From Burkholderiales bacterium (GTDB taxonomy: Bacteria; Pseudomonadota; Gammaproteobacteria; Burkholderiales; JACQAP01), in NCBI GenBank assembly GCA_036274775.1, contig DASUFB010000029.1, positions 37,218 to 101,217 on the forward strand: a stretch of DNA of 64,000 bases, written 5' to 3'. Positions 1 to 11,261 of this stretch are shown here, piece by piece; positions within the stretch are counted from its first letter, which is position 1, and each line of letters opens with the position of its first letter. A program made the translations under genes and the position numbers. The notes under the pieces were generated by a model. The model was not told the origin of the DNA. It was given only the letters and a program-made list of their open reading frames with translations, and made no database searches.

Positions 1-573
1 CTGGCGAAGGTCCTGCTGATCCCCACGGGCACGCCGCCGCACCGCGGCGAGCCGCGCGTGCGGCCCGCGCAGCGGCTGGAGATGGTGCGCCTGGCGGCCG
101 CGGGCAATCCCCGGCTCGAGGTCGACGACCGTGAAATCCGTCGCGAAGGCACCTGCTACACCTTCGACACGCTGACCGAGCTGCGCGCCGGGCTGGGTGA
201 CCGCCCGCTGTGCCTGATCACCGGAGCGGACGCCTTCTCGGCGCTGACGACCTGGCACCGCTGGGAGGAACTGTTCGGCCTCGCCCACTTCGTCGTGGCC
301 CACCGCCCCGGCTTTTCGCTGCAGCAGCTGCAGTCGTCGCTGCCGGCGCCGCTGCGCAAGGTCTACCTGCAGCGGCAGACGGCCTCGGCGGGCGTCTTGC
401 GACAGCAGCCCGCCGGCTCCATATATCCCAGGCAGATCACCGCGCTGGACGTCGCCGCCACGGCCATCCGGGAGGCGCTGGCAGCCGGCCGGAGCGCGCG
501 CTATCTGGTCCCGGACGCCGTTCTCGACTACATTGAACGCAACCGTCTCTACAAGGAACGCGATGCACGTTGA
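1..573 (+). CDS. nadD: Nicotinate-nucleotide adenylyltransferase, 5' end outside window
   Basis: Frame 1 is open from base 1 (LAKVLLIPTGTPPHRGEP...) and runs into ORF 58..573. NadD-like motifs (IPTGxPPH, ITGADAF, YLVPDAVxxYI). Conserved nadD-rsfS-rlmH order. Confidence 0.85.
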   Translation: MAKVLLIPTGTPPHRGEPRVRPAQRLEMVRLAAAGNPRLEVDDREIRREGTCYTFDTLTELRAGLGDRPLCLITGADAFSALTTWHRWEELFGLAHFVVAHRPGFSLQQLQSSLPAPLRKVYLQRQTASAGVLRQQPAGSIYPRQITALDVAATAIREALAAGRSARYLVPDAVLDYIERNRLYKERDAR

Positions 574-937
574 AGCAATCAGGCAGGCCGCCGTCGAGGC
601 GCTGGAGGAAATCAAGGCCCGGGACATCACCGTCCTGGACGTCCGCAAGCTCACATCCCTGTTCGACTACATGATCGTGGCCACCGCCGAATCGGCCCGG
701 CAGGCCAAGGCGCTCGCCCACAACGTGCAGGAAAAGCTCAAGGCGCTGGGGGTGCGCGCCCAGGGCCTGGAAGGGGAGCAGACCGGCGAGTGGGTGCTGG
801 TCGATCTGGGCGACGTCATCGTGCATGTCATGCAGCCCGCCGTACGCAGCTACTACAACCTCGAGCAGCTCTGGGGCGGGCGCCCGCCCTCCCCGCACCC
901 GACCACGTGGAGAAACCCTCCCGCGGCACCGCTGTAG
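563..937 (+). CDS. rsfS: Ribosomal silencing factor RsfS (iojap family)
   Basis: ATG at 563 within ORF 533..937. Core [18 protein letters not shown]...[16 protein letters not shown] is typical of RsfS. Overlaps the nadD stop by 11 nt. Confidence 0.85.
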   Translation: MHVEAIRQAAVEALEEIKARDITVLDVRKLTSLFDYMIVATAESARQAKALAHNVQEKLKALGVRAQGLEGEQTGEWVLVDLGDVIVHVMQPAVRSYYNLEQLWGGRPPSPHPTTWRNPPAAPL

Positions 938-944
938 GGCCGGT

Positions 945-1421
945 TTGATCCTGCACGTCGCCTGCGTCGGCCACAGGCCCCCGGCATGGGTGGCGGCCGG
1001 CTTCGAGGAGTACGCACGGCGCATGCCCCGCGAGGCGCGCATCCAGCTCGTCGAGGTCAAGCCGGCCGACCACGGCAACCCGGCTCCGGCCGCGCTGGCG
1101 CGGGCGCTCGCCACGGAAAAGGACCGCCTCCTTGCAGCCCTGCCCGCCGGCTGTGTAAGAATAGCGCTGGACGAGCGCGGCAGGCCCCTGTCCACGGCCG
1201 ACCTGGCAGGCAGGCTGTCGGCGTGGATGCAGGAAGGGCGCGACGTGGCCTTCATGATCGGCGGCGCCGACGGGCTGGACGCCGGGCTGAAGGCGCAGGC
1301 GGACCTGCAGCTCAGCCTGTCGGCGATGACGCTCCCGCATGCCCTGGTGCGGGTGCTGCTCGCCGAGCAGCTTTACCGCGCGCTGTCGATGATCCGCAAC
1401 CACCCTTACCACCGGGAATAA
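945..1421 (+). CDS. rlmH: 23S rRNA (pseudouridine1915-N3)-methyltransferase RlmH
   Basis: TTG at 945 in the frame of ORF 825..1421. [10 protein letters not shown]...FMIGGADGL...[24 protein letters not shown]...HPYHRE matches the SPOUT RlmH family. Confidence 0.85.
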   Translation: MILHVACVGHRPPAWVAAGFEEYARRMPREARIQLVEVKPADHGNPAPAALARALATEKDRLLAALPAGCVRIALDERGRPLSTADLAGRLSAWMQEGRDVAFMIGGADGLDAGLKAQADLQLSLSAMTLPHALVRVLLAEQLYRALSMIRNHPYHRE

Positions 1422-1462
1422 GGGCGCCCGAGCCGGCGCGAAAAGACAAGGGCCGAACCACC

Positions 1463-2079
1463 GTGCCGTCGCTTGAAAAGCACATCTACCTCGCCTCGCG
1501 CAGCGCGCGCCGCCGCGACCTGCTCAAGCAGATGGGCGTGAACTTCGAGATGCTGCTGCTGCGCGAGGGGCCGGGGCGCGACGCCGATTTCGACGAGTCC
1601 CAGCTCGGCAACGAGCTGCCCCGCGATTACGTGGTGCGCGTGGCGCGGCTCAAGGCGGAGGCAGGGTGGGTGCGCCTGGAGCAGCGGCGCCTGATGCGCC
1701 ACCCGGTGCTGGCCGGCGACACCACGGTCGCCATCGGCGACACGATCCTCAACAAGCCCAGGGACCGCGAGGACGCCGTGGCGATGCTCAAGCGGCTTTC
1801 CGGCACCGTGCACCAGGTGTACACGGCGGTCGCCGTGAAATTCCACGAAACCGTGCACGAAGCCCTGTCGACCACGGAGGTGCGCCTGCGCGAGCTCACC
1901 GACGACGAGATCCGCCGCTACGTCGCCAGCGGCGACCCCATGGACAAGGCCGGGGCCTACGGCATCCAGGGCAAGGCCTCCATGTTCATCGAATCCATCA
2001 ACGGCAGCTACAGCGGCGTGGTCGGGCTGCCCATGTTCGAAACCTCCAGCCTGCTCGCCAAGCTCGGCTTCCAGCTGCT

Positions 2080-2083
<4 letters not shown>
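1463..2083 (+). CDS. maf: Maf-like nucleoside triphosphate pyrophosphatase
   Basis: GTG at 1463 in the frame of ORF 986..2083. LASRSARRRDLL, VLAGDTTV and DKAGAYGIQG motifs. Confidence 0.85.
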
Positions 2084-3534
<1,451 letters not shown>

Positions 3535-3543
3535 GCACCCCGA

Positions 3544-3604
3544 GTGGCTAGTGGCCAGTGAAGAGGATGCCTTTTCCAACCACCAGCCACTAGTCACCAG
3601 CCAC
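3544..3604. repeat. Variable-arm inverted-repeat element, short form (GTGGCTAGTG-type arms)
   Basis: Left arm GTGGCTAGTGGCCAGTG (3544-3560). Right arm CACCAGCCACTAGTCACCAGCCAC (3581-3604). It lies between convergent rng and the MFS gene. The right arm contains the MFS stop and last 4 codons. Confidence 0.8.
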
Positions 3605-5023
3605 CGAACTCAGCGGCGGCGCGATTTCCTCCAGCGGCCTGCGTTCCGCGTCGACGCCGAATCGCCAGGCAATGCCCGCCGCGACGATCACCAGCATCGC
3701 GCCGACGGCGTAGCCGGCGAACACGGCGGCGCGGCTGCCCGTCTCGATCAGTGCGCCGAGCAGTGCCGGCGCGGCGAAGCCGCCGATGCCCGTCCCCGCC
3801 GCGTAGAAGGCGGAAATCGCGAGCGCGCGGATTTCCAGCGGGAAGGATTCGCTCGCGGCCAGGTAGGCCGAGCTCGCCGCCGCGGAGGCAAGAAAGAACA
3901 CTGCCGACCAGCACAAGGTCTGCGTGACGGCATCCAGCCAGCCCTGCATGAAGCCGAATCCGGTCAGCAGCAGCCCGACGCCCGAGAGCGCGTAGGTCGC
4001 GCAGACCATCCTGCGCCGCCCGACGCGGTCGAACAGGGGGCCGAGCAGCAGCGGCCCGGCAAAGTTCGCGGCCGCGAACGGCAGCACGTAGCGCCCGACC
4101 TGGCCCTCCGGCACGCCGTGGAAGCGCGTCAGCACCAGCGCATAGGTGAAGAAGATCGCGTTGTAGAAAAAGGCCTGCGACGCCATCAGCGCAGCCACGT
4201 ACAGCGTGCGTGCACGGTAGCGCTGCAGCAGGATGCGCACGACCTCGCGGAGAGTCGGCAGGGGCTTCACGAGAACATCGAGCCTGCCTTCGTGAGCGGG
4301 CACGATCCCGCCGCGGGCCGCTATCTCGCGTTCGATGGCCGCCACCTCGCGCTCCGCGTCCGGCGCGCGGCCGTGCGTCATCAGCCAGCGCGGGCTCTCG
4401 GGAACGTGCCGGCGCACCAGCAGGACGGCGGTCGCCAGCAGCGCGCCGCTCGCGAACGCGATTCGCCAGCCCGTGTCGGGCGGGAAATGCTGCAGATCGA
4501 GCAACGGCAGGCTCACGGCCGCGCCGAGCGCGGCACCGACCCAGAAGCTGCCGTTGATCGCGAGGCTCACGCGGCCGCGCACGCGCGCGGGGATCAGCTC
4601 GTCGATCGCGGAATTGATCGCCGCGTACTCGCCGCCGATGCCGACGCCGGTCAACAGCCGGCAGGCGGCGAAGGTCGTGAAATCGAACGACAGCGCGGTC
4701 GCCACGGTGGCGACGAGGTAGACCGCCAGCGTGACCAGGAACAGCCGCTTGCGGCCGAAGCGATCGGCGAGGCGGCCGAAAGCGAGCGCGCCCGCCACGG
4801 CACCGCCGAGGTAGAGCGAGGCCGTCCAGCCAACCTGCACCGCGGAAAGTCCGAGCGTGTCCGGGCGCTCCAGCATGGCGCCGACCGAGCCGACGAGCGT
4901 GACCTCGAGCCCGTCGAGCACCCAAGCGATGCCGAGCGCGACCACGACGCGCCAATGCCAGGCCGACCACGGCAGGCGGTCGAGACGGGCCGGGATGTCG
5001 CTGCAGGTCGAACGCCCCTTCAC
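3590..5023 (-). CDS. MFS transporter (sugar-porter-like metabolite transporter)
   Basis: 477-aa ORF with about 12 predicted TM segments and an MFS signature (GRLADRFGRKRLF, GIGGEYAAINSAIDELIP). Confidence 0.8.
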   Translation of the reverse strand: MKGRSTCSDIPARLDRLPWSAWHWRVVVALGIAWVLDGLEVTLVGSVGAMLERPDTLGLSAVQVGWTASLYLGGAVAGALAFGRLADRFGRKRLFLVTLAVYLVATVATALSFDFTTFAACRLLTGVGIGGEYAAINSAIDELIPARVRGRVSLAINGSFWVGAALGAAVSLPLLDLQHFPPDTGWRIAFASGALLATAVLLVRRHVPESPRWLMTHGRAPDAEREVAAIEREIAARGGIVPAHEGRLDVLVKPLPTLREVVRILLQRYRARTLYVAALMASQAFFYNAIFFTYALVLTRFHGVPEGQVGRYVLPFAAANFAGPLLLGPLFDRVGRRRMVCATYALSGVGLLLTGFGFMQGWLDAVTQTLCWSAVFFLASAAASSAYLAASESFPLEIRALAISAFYAAGTGIGGFAAPALLGALIETGSRAAVFAGYAVGAMLVIVAAGIAWRFGVDAERRPLEEIAPPLSSVAGD

Positions 5024-5032
5024 GTGCCGGCG

Positions 5033-5830
5033 TCAGGCGTCCAGCGGCCCGCGGAAAATCCGGAAGCCGCGATCCGATCGCCTCGAGAGCAGCAGGCAGC
5101 GCGCCGCCCAGGCCGACATGGCGGCCGCGCCGAGCAGCGCGAGCCAGGCCAGGGCGGGCTCGTCGAACCGGCGCCCGGTCCAGATGGCCGCGCAAGCCCA
5201 GGCGACGACCAGCGGATGGATGCCGTTGCGAAACCAGCGGCCTACGAGCAAGCCGGCCAGCAACGCGGCGCCGAGCGCGGCGCACGCCCACGCCAGCCGG
5301 CCCTCATGGTCCAGCCCGCGGCTCGCCACCAGCCAAATGGAGAAGTTCGCGAGCACGGCGACGCACAGCCACCCGAACCACAACGTGGCGGGAATGCGCA
5401 CCCAGGCATCGATCTGCAACCGCCGCGCAGCCGACTCGACGCGCAGGAAGAGCACGAACGCCGCGGCCAGGGCGGCAACCGCGATGGCGGCGCTCCAGCC
5501 GACCATGTCCAACCGGAACGGCACGATCCACACGGCCGCGAGGGCGTTGAGCACGGTCAGCGGCACGGCGAGCCGGTCGTGTGCGTCGACGTGGCGCTGC
5601 GAGGGAGAAAGCTGGTGCACGGCGTACGCGAGCGTCGCGAGCCAGGTCGCGCCCCAGATCGCGAATGCGTAGCCGGCCGGCGTGAACAGGTCGGCGTGCC
5701 GGCGCGCGATCTCGCGGATGCTGCCTTCGCCGAAAGACAGGCCTTGCGCGAGGGTGCTGAACGCGACGTTCGCGACCGTCGCGGCAAAGGCGATCCATCG
5801 CCAGGCACGCCTGCCGGACTGGAAAAGCAT
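5033..5830 (-). CDS. Tryptophan-rich integral membrane protein (TspO/MBR-related family, function unknown)
   Basis: 265-aa hydrophobic, Trp-rich ORF with a PAGYAFAIWG motif. The family assignment is from memory only. Confidence 0.5.
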   Translation of the reverse strand: MLFQSGRRAWRWIAFAATVANVAFSTLAQGLSFGEGSIREIARRHADLFTPAGYAFAIWGATWLATLAYAVHQLSPSQRHVDAHDRLAVPLTVLNALAAVWIVPFRLDMVGWSAAIAVAALAAAFVLFLRVESAARRLQIDAWVRIPATLWFGWLCVAVLANFSIWLVASRGLDHEGRLAWACAALGAALLAGLLVGRWFRNGIHPLVVAWACAAIWTGRRFDEPALAWLALLGAAAMSAWAARCLLLSRRSDRGFRIFRGPLDA

Positions 5831-5953
5831 GTGAAGCCTCCGGGGTTGTCCCGGTTCGACTTCGCCTGCGGGAATAGGTTTCTGCCGCGCTGGCGCGCTG
5901 CGGCCGGGCTTGCCGACGATGCCGGCCGGCGCCGGTCCCGCGATCGCGGCCTC

Positions 5954-7894
5954 TCAGGCAACCTTGGCGACCCGGGCCTGCTCGGGATCGCGCTGGAGCA
6001 CGTCGCGGATGCGGGAGAGCTCCTCGACCTGCCTGCCGAGCTGCAGCTGCTGCTGCTCGAGCTGCCTCACGCGCTCCTGCAGCGTGTTCACGTCGCCCGC
6101 GACCTTGCGCACGTTGTCCACCTTGCGTTCGAGCAGCTTCTGGTGCTCCTTGAGCTGCAGCGACAGCGGCGAAAGCGCGGAGGCGACCCAGGCCTCGAGC
6201 TCCAGGCGCAGCTGCGTGAACAGCCCGCGCGCGTTCGCCACCAGGCCGCTGTGGAAGCGGCGCACGAGGAAGTGCTTCTCCGTCATGACGTTGACCGGGT
6301 CCTTGCAGAAGCGCTCCGTGCTCTGGTGCAGCGAATGCATGCGCAGGATATGGCGCTCCAGGTTCAGCGCCGGCGGCGTCATCCTGGGGAAACCGTAGAG
6401 CTTGTGAAACTCGTTGTAGACGCCGTCGACGTAGTTGCGCGTCTCGCCGGCGAACTCCATGATTTTCTCGGCCTGGCGCGAAAACGCGTCGAACAGCGCC
6501 TGCATGCTGCGCATGAGCCCGGCGGTGGTCCAGCTGCCCTCGATGGCGGCGAGGCTGCGCTGCATGAGCTCCTCGAGGCGTTCCTCGGAAAGCGTGTCGA
6601 TCAGCACGTTGCCCTGCTTGAACACGACGGCCGAGGAGCGCTTGAAGGTGTCCATGTGCTTCATGTACGAGGCCTTGTCCTGCTCGAGCCTGGCGAGCAG
6701 CGCCTTGGCGAGGTCGCGGTTCTTGCCCGACAGCCTGGACATCTCCTGCAGCTCGCCGCGGGAGGCCGCGAGCTGGCTCGACACGCTCTGCAGCGAGGTC
6801 GCCAGCATGTTGCCGATCTCGCGCGACACGGCCGCGCGCAGGATCTGCTGCTTCGAGGGGATGACCTCCTCGGCGAGCAGGTGCTCGAGCACCTCGATGC
6901 CGCTCCTGGCGAGCAGCGCCGCGTCGCCGCGGATGCGCGCGACGAGCGCCTTCTGCGCCGACAGCGCGATGACGTGGTCGCGCGGCAGGCCGAGGATGCG
7001 CGCGGTCTCCTCGAGCTGGCGCTCGATCCCGGTGGTGATCTGCTCGTCGGTCTTGAGGTCGTCCCACATGAGATCGATCTTGTTGAGCACGGCGATGCGG
7101 CGCGTGACGTAGCTCTGCACGTACTTCTGCCAGACGTCGAGGTCGGACTTGGTCACGCCGGTGTCCATGGCGAGCAGGAACAGCACGGCGTGCGCGCTCG
7201 GGATCATGGACAGCGTGAGCTCGGGCTCGGTGCCGAGCGCGTTCAGGCCCGGCGTGTCGAGGATGACCAGCCCCTTCTTGAGCAGCGGGTGCGGATAGTT
7301 CACCAGCGCGTGGCGCCAGCACGGAATCTCGACGCGGCCGCCGAGCTTGACCACCACCGTCGTGGTGACGAAGTCGGCCTCGTCGAGCAGGCCGAGCGCA
7401 CCGGCCTCCTCCACGGTCACGGACTTCACCTGCGCGAGGCTGGACATCGCCTTGGCCATCTCCTCCTGGGAGGCGAGGTCCAGCCTGATCTTCACCCACT
7501 CCACGGGCTTGTGCTTGAGGGCGGCCACGCTTTCGTCACCCTTGCGCGACTCGATCGGCAGCAGCTTGATGTAAGGCTCCTCGGAGGCGTCGAAGAAGAT
7601 CTCGGTCGGGCACATCGTGGTGCGGCCGACGTCCGAGGGCAGCAGCCGCTGCTTGAAGTCGGAGAAGAACATGGCGTTGATCAACTCGGTCTTGCCGCGC
7701 GAGAACTCCGCGAGGAAGGCGAGGATCATGCGGTCGTTGCGCAGGCTCTCGATCAGATCGTAGATGCGCAGGCTGCGCTGGATGTCCGCGTGGCCGTTGT
7801 TCTCCAGCCAGTTCTGGTAGTCCTGGATGCAGTCGCGCAGCTCGTCGCGCCACTGCTGGTATGCGGACACCTGGTTCTCGAGGTCGCTGGTCAT
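5954..7894 (-). CDS. Bacterial dynamin-like GTPase
   Basis: 646 aa. P-loop EFSRGKTELINAM, G3 ILDTPGLNA, G4 LNKIDL, then a long coiled-coil stalk. Its ATG overlaps the yggU stop (ATGA). Confidence 0.8.
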   Translation of the reverse strand: MTSDLENQVSAYQQWRDELRDCIQDYQNWLENNGHADIQRSLRIYDLIESLRNDRMILAFLAEFSRGKTELINAMFFSDFKQRLLPSDVGRTTMCPTEIFFDASEEPYIKLLPIESRKGDESVAALKHKPVEWVKIRLDLASQEEMAKAMSSLAQVKSVTVEEAGALGLLDEADFVTTTVVVKLGGRVEIPCWRHALVNYPHPLLKKGLVILDTPGLNALGTEPELTLSMIPSAHAVLFLLAMDTGVTKSDLDVWQKYVQSYVTRRIAVLNKIDLMWDDLKTDEQITTGIERQLEETARILGLPRDHVIALSAQKALVARIRGDAALLARSGIEVLEHLLAEEVIPSKQQILRAAVSREIGNMLATSLQSVSSQLAASRGELQEMSRLSGKNRDLAKALLARLEQDKASYMKHMDTFKRSSAVVFKQGNVLIDTLSEERLEELMQRSLAAIEGSWTTAGLMRSMQALFDAFSRQAEKIMEFAGETRNYVDGVYNEFHKLYGFPRMTPPALNLERHILRMHSLHQSTERFCKDPVNVMTEKHFLVRRFHSGLVANARGLFTQLRLELEAWVASALSPLSLQLKEHQKLLERKVDNVRKVAGDVNTLQERVRQLEQQQLQLGRQVEELSRIRDVLQRDPEQARVAKVA

Positions 7895-8208
7895 GCCTGC
7901 AGGAGCTCTTTCACCCGCGCCAGGAGGCGGTCGGCCCGGCCGTGGATTTCGATGGTCTTGCTGCGCCCGTGATCGCCACTGCGAATCATAACCTGCCCGC
8001 CCGGCAGGTCAAACCGCTCTGCGAGGAACGCCACGAGCTCCGCATTGGCGCGCCCCTCGACGGCGGGCGCCGCCAGCCTGACCTTGAGCCGGTCGCCGTG
8101 CAGGCCGGCGATGCCGGTGCGCTTGGCGCCGGGCTGCACGTGCAGCGCGAGCACCAGAGCGCCGCGCTTGTCGTCGTAACGGTACCAGCTGGCAGGCCAC
8201 CCGCTCAC
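7891..8208 (-). CDS. yggU: DUF167 family protein YggU
   Basis: GTG at 8208 within ORF 7891..8250. LHVQPGAKRTGIAGLHGDRLKVRLAAPAVEGRANAELVAFLA is the YggU/DUF167 core. Overlaps the yggT stop. Confidence 0.75.
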   Translation of the reverse strand: MSGWPASWYRYDDKRGALVLALHVQPGAKRTGIAGLHGDRLKVRLAAPAVEGRANAELVAFLAERFDLPGGQVMIRSGDHGRSKTIEIHGRADRLLARVKELLQA

Positions 8209-8777
8209 AGCATCCGCATGACGCCCTGCTTGACCGCCTCCAGCGGCCACATCAGGATGACCTGGCAGATCACGAACACGAACAGCGGCGAGAGGTCGAT
8301 GCCGCCCACCGGCGGGATGCGCCGCTGGAACACGACCAGGAAGGGCCGCGTCATGCTCGACAGCAGCGGCGCGGCGGGGCTGCGCGGGGCCGCGAAGGAC
8401 AGGATCGCCTGCGCGAACAGCGCGATCATCAGGATGTAGAGGAACAGCTCGAACAGGTTCGCCGCCGCGAGCAGCATCAGCCCGACGGTCGCGGCGCCGA
8501 CGTTCGGCCCGACCTGGTAGCCCTTCAGCGCCAGCACGCAGCCCACCAGCAGCAGCTCGGTCGCCCAGGCGAGCAGCAGCGTGGAAAGGTCGTAGCCGTG
8601 CAACCCGGGAACCACGCGCCGCGCCGGGCGCACGACGAAATCGGTCAGCGCCGCCACGAACTGCGAAAGCGGATTGCGCGCGGGCGCGCGCACCGCCTGC
8701 AGGTAGAAGCGCAGCAGCAGCGCCGTGGAGAACAATCCGAGGAAGACCTGCAGCAGGAAAACGAGGGCCTGGTTCAT
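8205..8777 (-). CDS. yggT: YggT family membrane protein
   Basis: ATG at 8777 (MNQALVFLLQVF...) within ORF 8205..8834. Duplicated YGGT repeat (IDLSPLFVFVI). Conserved position after proC. Confidence 0.8.
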   Translation of the reverse strand: MNQALVFLLQVFLGLFSTALLLRFYLQAVRAPARNPLSQFVAALTDFVVRPARRVVPGLHGYDLSTLLLAWATELLLVGCVLALKGYQVGPNVGAATVGLMLLAAANLFELFLYILMIALFAQAILSFAAPRSPAAPLLSSMTRPFLVVFQRRIPPVGGIDLSPLFVFVICQVILMWPLEAVKQGVMRML

Positions 8778-8790
8778 GCCGCCGCCGTCC

Positions 8791-9612
<822 letters not shown>

Positions 9613-9669
9613 GATTCCGCGGTCAGGAGGTCATCGGAAGCGCCCGCGACATGCGCCGCGGGCACCGGG

Positions 9670-10212
9670 TTACTTCGTCTCGGCCAGCTTCTTGACGTTC
9701 TGCAATCCGGCCTGGTACGCGCCGCTGATCGCCTTCTTCACGCCGGCATCGTCCTGCCCGGGAGGCGGATTGTCCGCGACCTTGCGCTTGAACTTGCCCT
9801 TCCAGACCAGCACGGAAGTGCCCTTGGCCTTGCCCGACCTCACCTGGATGGTCGAGGAATAGTCGGCAACGGGCAGCGGCGAATCGCTGATGATGCGGTA
9901 GGCGTACTTGCGCCGCTTGTTGCTGAAGCCGTCCAGCTCCTCGTCGAACTTGGCGCCGCCGTCGGCGAGCGTGAGCGTGCGCACCGCGCCCACCTTGTTG
10001 TTCTCGCCGGACTTGATCTCCGTGCTCGAGAAGGCGGGGTGCCACTTGTGCAGGCCGTTCCAGTCCCTGACCAGCGCCCAGACCTTGGCCGGGGGTGCAT
10101 TGATCTCCACGCTCTCGTTGACGTGCAGGTAGCCTGGCTTGGCCGATATCGCCAGCCCCGGCAGGGCGAGCAGCAGGCCCAGGGTCAATTGCATCCAGTC
10201 GCGTCTATTCAT
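9670..10212 (-). CDS. Secreted SRPBCC (Bet v1 / polyketide cyclase-like) family protein
   Basis: ATG at 10212 (MNRRDWMQLTLGLLLALPGLAISA, signal peptide). VWALVRDWNGLHKWHP is typical of the SRPBCC fold. Confidence 0.7.
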   Translation of the reverse strand: MNRRDWMQLTLGLLLALPGLAISAKPGYLHVNESVEINAPPAKVWALVRDWNGLHKWHPAFSSTEIKSGENNKVGAVRTLTLADGGAKFDEELDGFSNKRRKYAYRIISDSPLPVADYSSTIQVRSGKAKGTSVLVWKGKFKRKVADNPPPGQDDAGVKKAISGAYQAGLQNVKKLAETK

Positions 10213-10292
10213 GGGGCTCCTCCCAGGTTCGCAATGGTAGATTTTTCCGCCTTCGGCGGACCGGTCGGGCAGTATAGCGGGCAAACGCGGGT

Positions 10293-11150
10293 TCAGCCGG
10301 CGCGCGCCGGCCGGTCGCCGAAGATGGCCCGGCCGACGCGGACCAAAGTCGCGCCCTCCGCGATGGCCGCCTCGAGGTCGTCGGACATGCCCATCGACAG
10401 CGTATCGAGCGCAATGCCACCGGCGGCGATTTCCTCCTTGAGCTCGCGCACGCGCCGGAAGCGCGCGCGCAACAGGCCGGGGTCGCCGGCCGGCTCGGGG
10501 ATGGCCATCAGCCCGCGCAGCCGGATGCCGGGCAGGCCGGCGATCGCGCGCGCCAGGGCTGCCGCCTCGCCGGGGGGAACACCGCTCTTGGACGCCTCGG
10601 CGCTAACGTTGACCTGGATGCACACCTGCAGCGGCGCGAGCCCGGGCGGACGGGCGGCGGACAGGCGCTCGGCGATCTTCACGCGGTCCACGCTGTGCAC
10701 CCAGTCGAACAATTCCGCGATGGGCCGCGTCTTGTTGCTCTGGATCGGCCCGATGAAGTGCCACACCGGAGGGCGGAGCAGGGGCCCCTTCGGGGATGCG
10801 ACCCCGGAGGTGGGGCTCACGTCGCCCCGACGTTCGTCCCCATTGCGATGCTCGTCCGCGATGTCCCACACCGGAGGGCGGAGCAGGGGCCCCTTCGGGG
10901 ATGCGACCCCGGAGGTGGAGCGTGCCGCGTCACGGGTTTTGGCGAGCGCGGAAATCTTGCCTTCGGCTTCCTGGACGTAGTTCTCGCCGAAGTCCGCCTG
11001 GCCCGCCGCGAGGGCCTCGAGGATGGCATCGAGCGGGAAAGTTTTGGACACGGCGACGAGCCTGACGCCTTCCGGCGGCCTTCCGGCAGCTTCGGCCGCC
11101 GCGCGGATGCGATTGCAGATAGCTTGCAAGCGGGCCGTTATTGTTGTCAT
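10293..11150 (-). CDS. yggS: YggS family pyridoxal-phosphate homeostasis protein carrying an in-frame insertion of about 50 aa
   Basis: ATG at 11150. AVSKT (PLP lysine), GENYVQE, WHFIGPIQSNK and SMGMSDD motifs. 285 aa against about 230 for typical YggS. The extra residues map to the two 53-bp repeats at 10761-10918. Confidence 0.85.
   Translation of the reverse strand: MTTITARLQAICNRIRAAAEAAGRPPEGVRLVAVSKTFPLDAILEALAAGQADFGENYVQEAEGKISALAKTRDAARSTSGVASPKGPLLRPPVWDIADEHRNGDERRGDVSPTSGVASPKGPLLRPPVWHFIGPIQSNKTRPIAELFDWVHSVDRVKIAERLSAARPPGLAPLQVCIQVNVSAEASKSGVPPGEAAALARAIAGLPGIRLRGLMAIPEPAGDPGLLRARFRRVRELKEEIAAGGIALDTLSMGMSDDLEAAIAEGATLVRVGRAIFGDRPARAG
10761..10918. repeat. Two identical 53-bp direct repeats (10761-10813, 10866-10918), period 105 bp, inside yggS
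   Basis: CCACACCGGAGGGCGGAGCAGGGGCCCCTTCGGGGATGCGACCCCGGAGGTGG occurs twice with a 52-bp spacer. It contains self-complementary blocks (CCCCTTCGGGG, GGGGCCCC, GGGGATGCGACCCC). Confidence 0.95.
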
Positions 11151-11261
11151 AATTCCCTTGCATTCTCGACTGTAACCATTGAATGCAGCAAGCATTTTCT
11201 ATCCCCGTCAAGGCCGCTGGCACGGCCTGCCCCACATCCTGCCGCCGTCGGAGAACGATAA

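Noticed and set aside
3551-7972. 1473-aa plus-strand ORF, the longest in the track
   Set aside because: It runs antisense to three genes with clear family signatures (MFS transporter, Trp-rich membrane protein, dynamin-like GTPase). Its translation is low-complexity Arg/Ala/Gly/Asp-rich with no recognisable motifs. This is the typical shadow ORF of high-GC DNA.
10761-10918. CRISPR-like repeat-spacer-repeat (53-52-53 bp)
   Set aside because: There are only two repeats. They are longer than typical CRISPR repeats, lie in frame inside a conserved housekeeping gene, and have no leader or cas genes anywhere in the window.
11218-11232. TGGCAC...TGC sigma-54-like sequence upstream of pilT
   Set aside because: The GG-to-GC spacing is two nucleotides short of the -24/-12 register (TGGCACGGCCTGCC), and there is no adjacent enhancer-binding protein gene.
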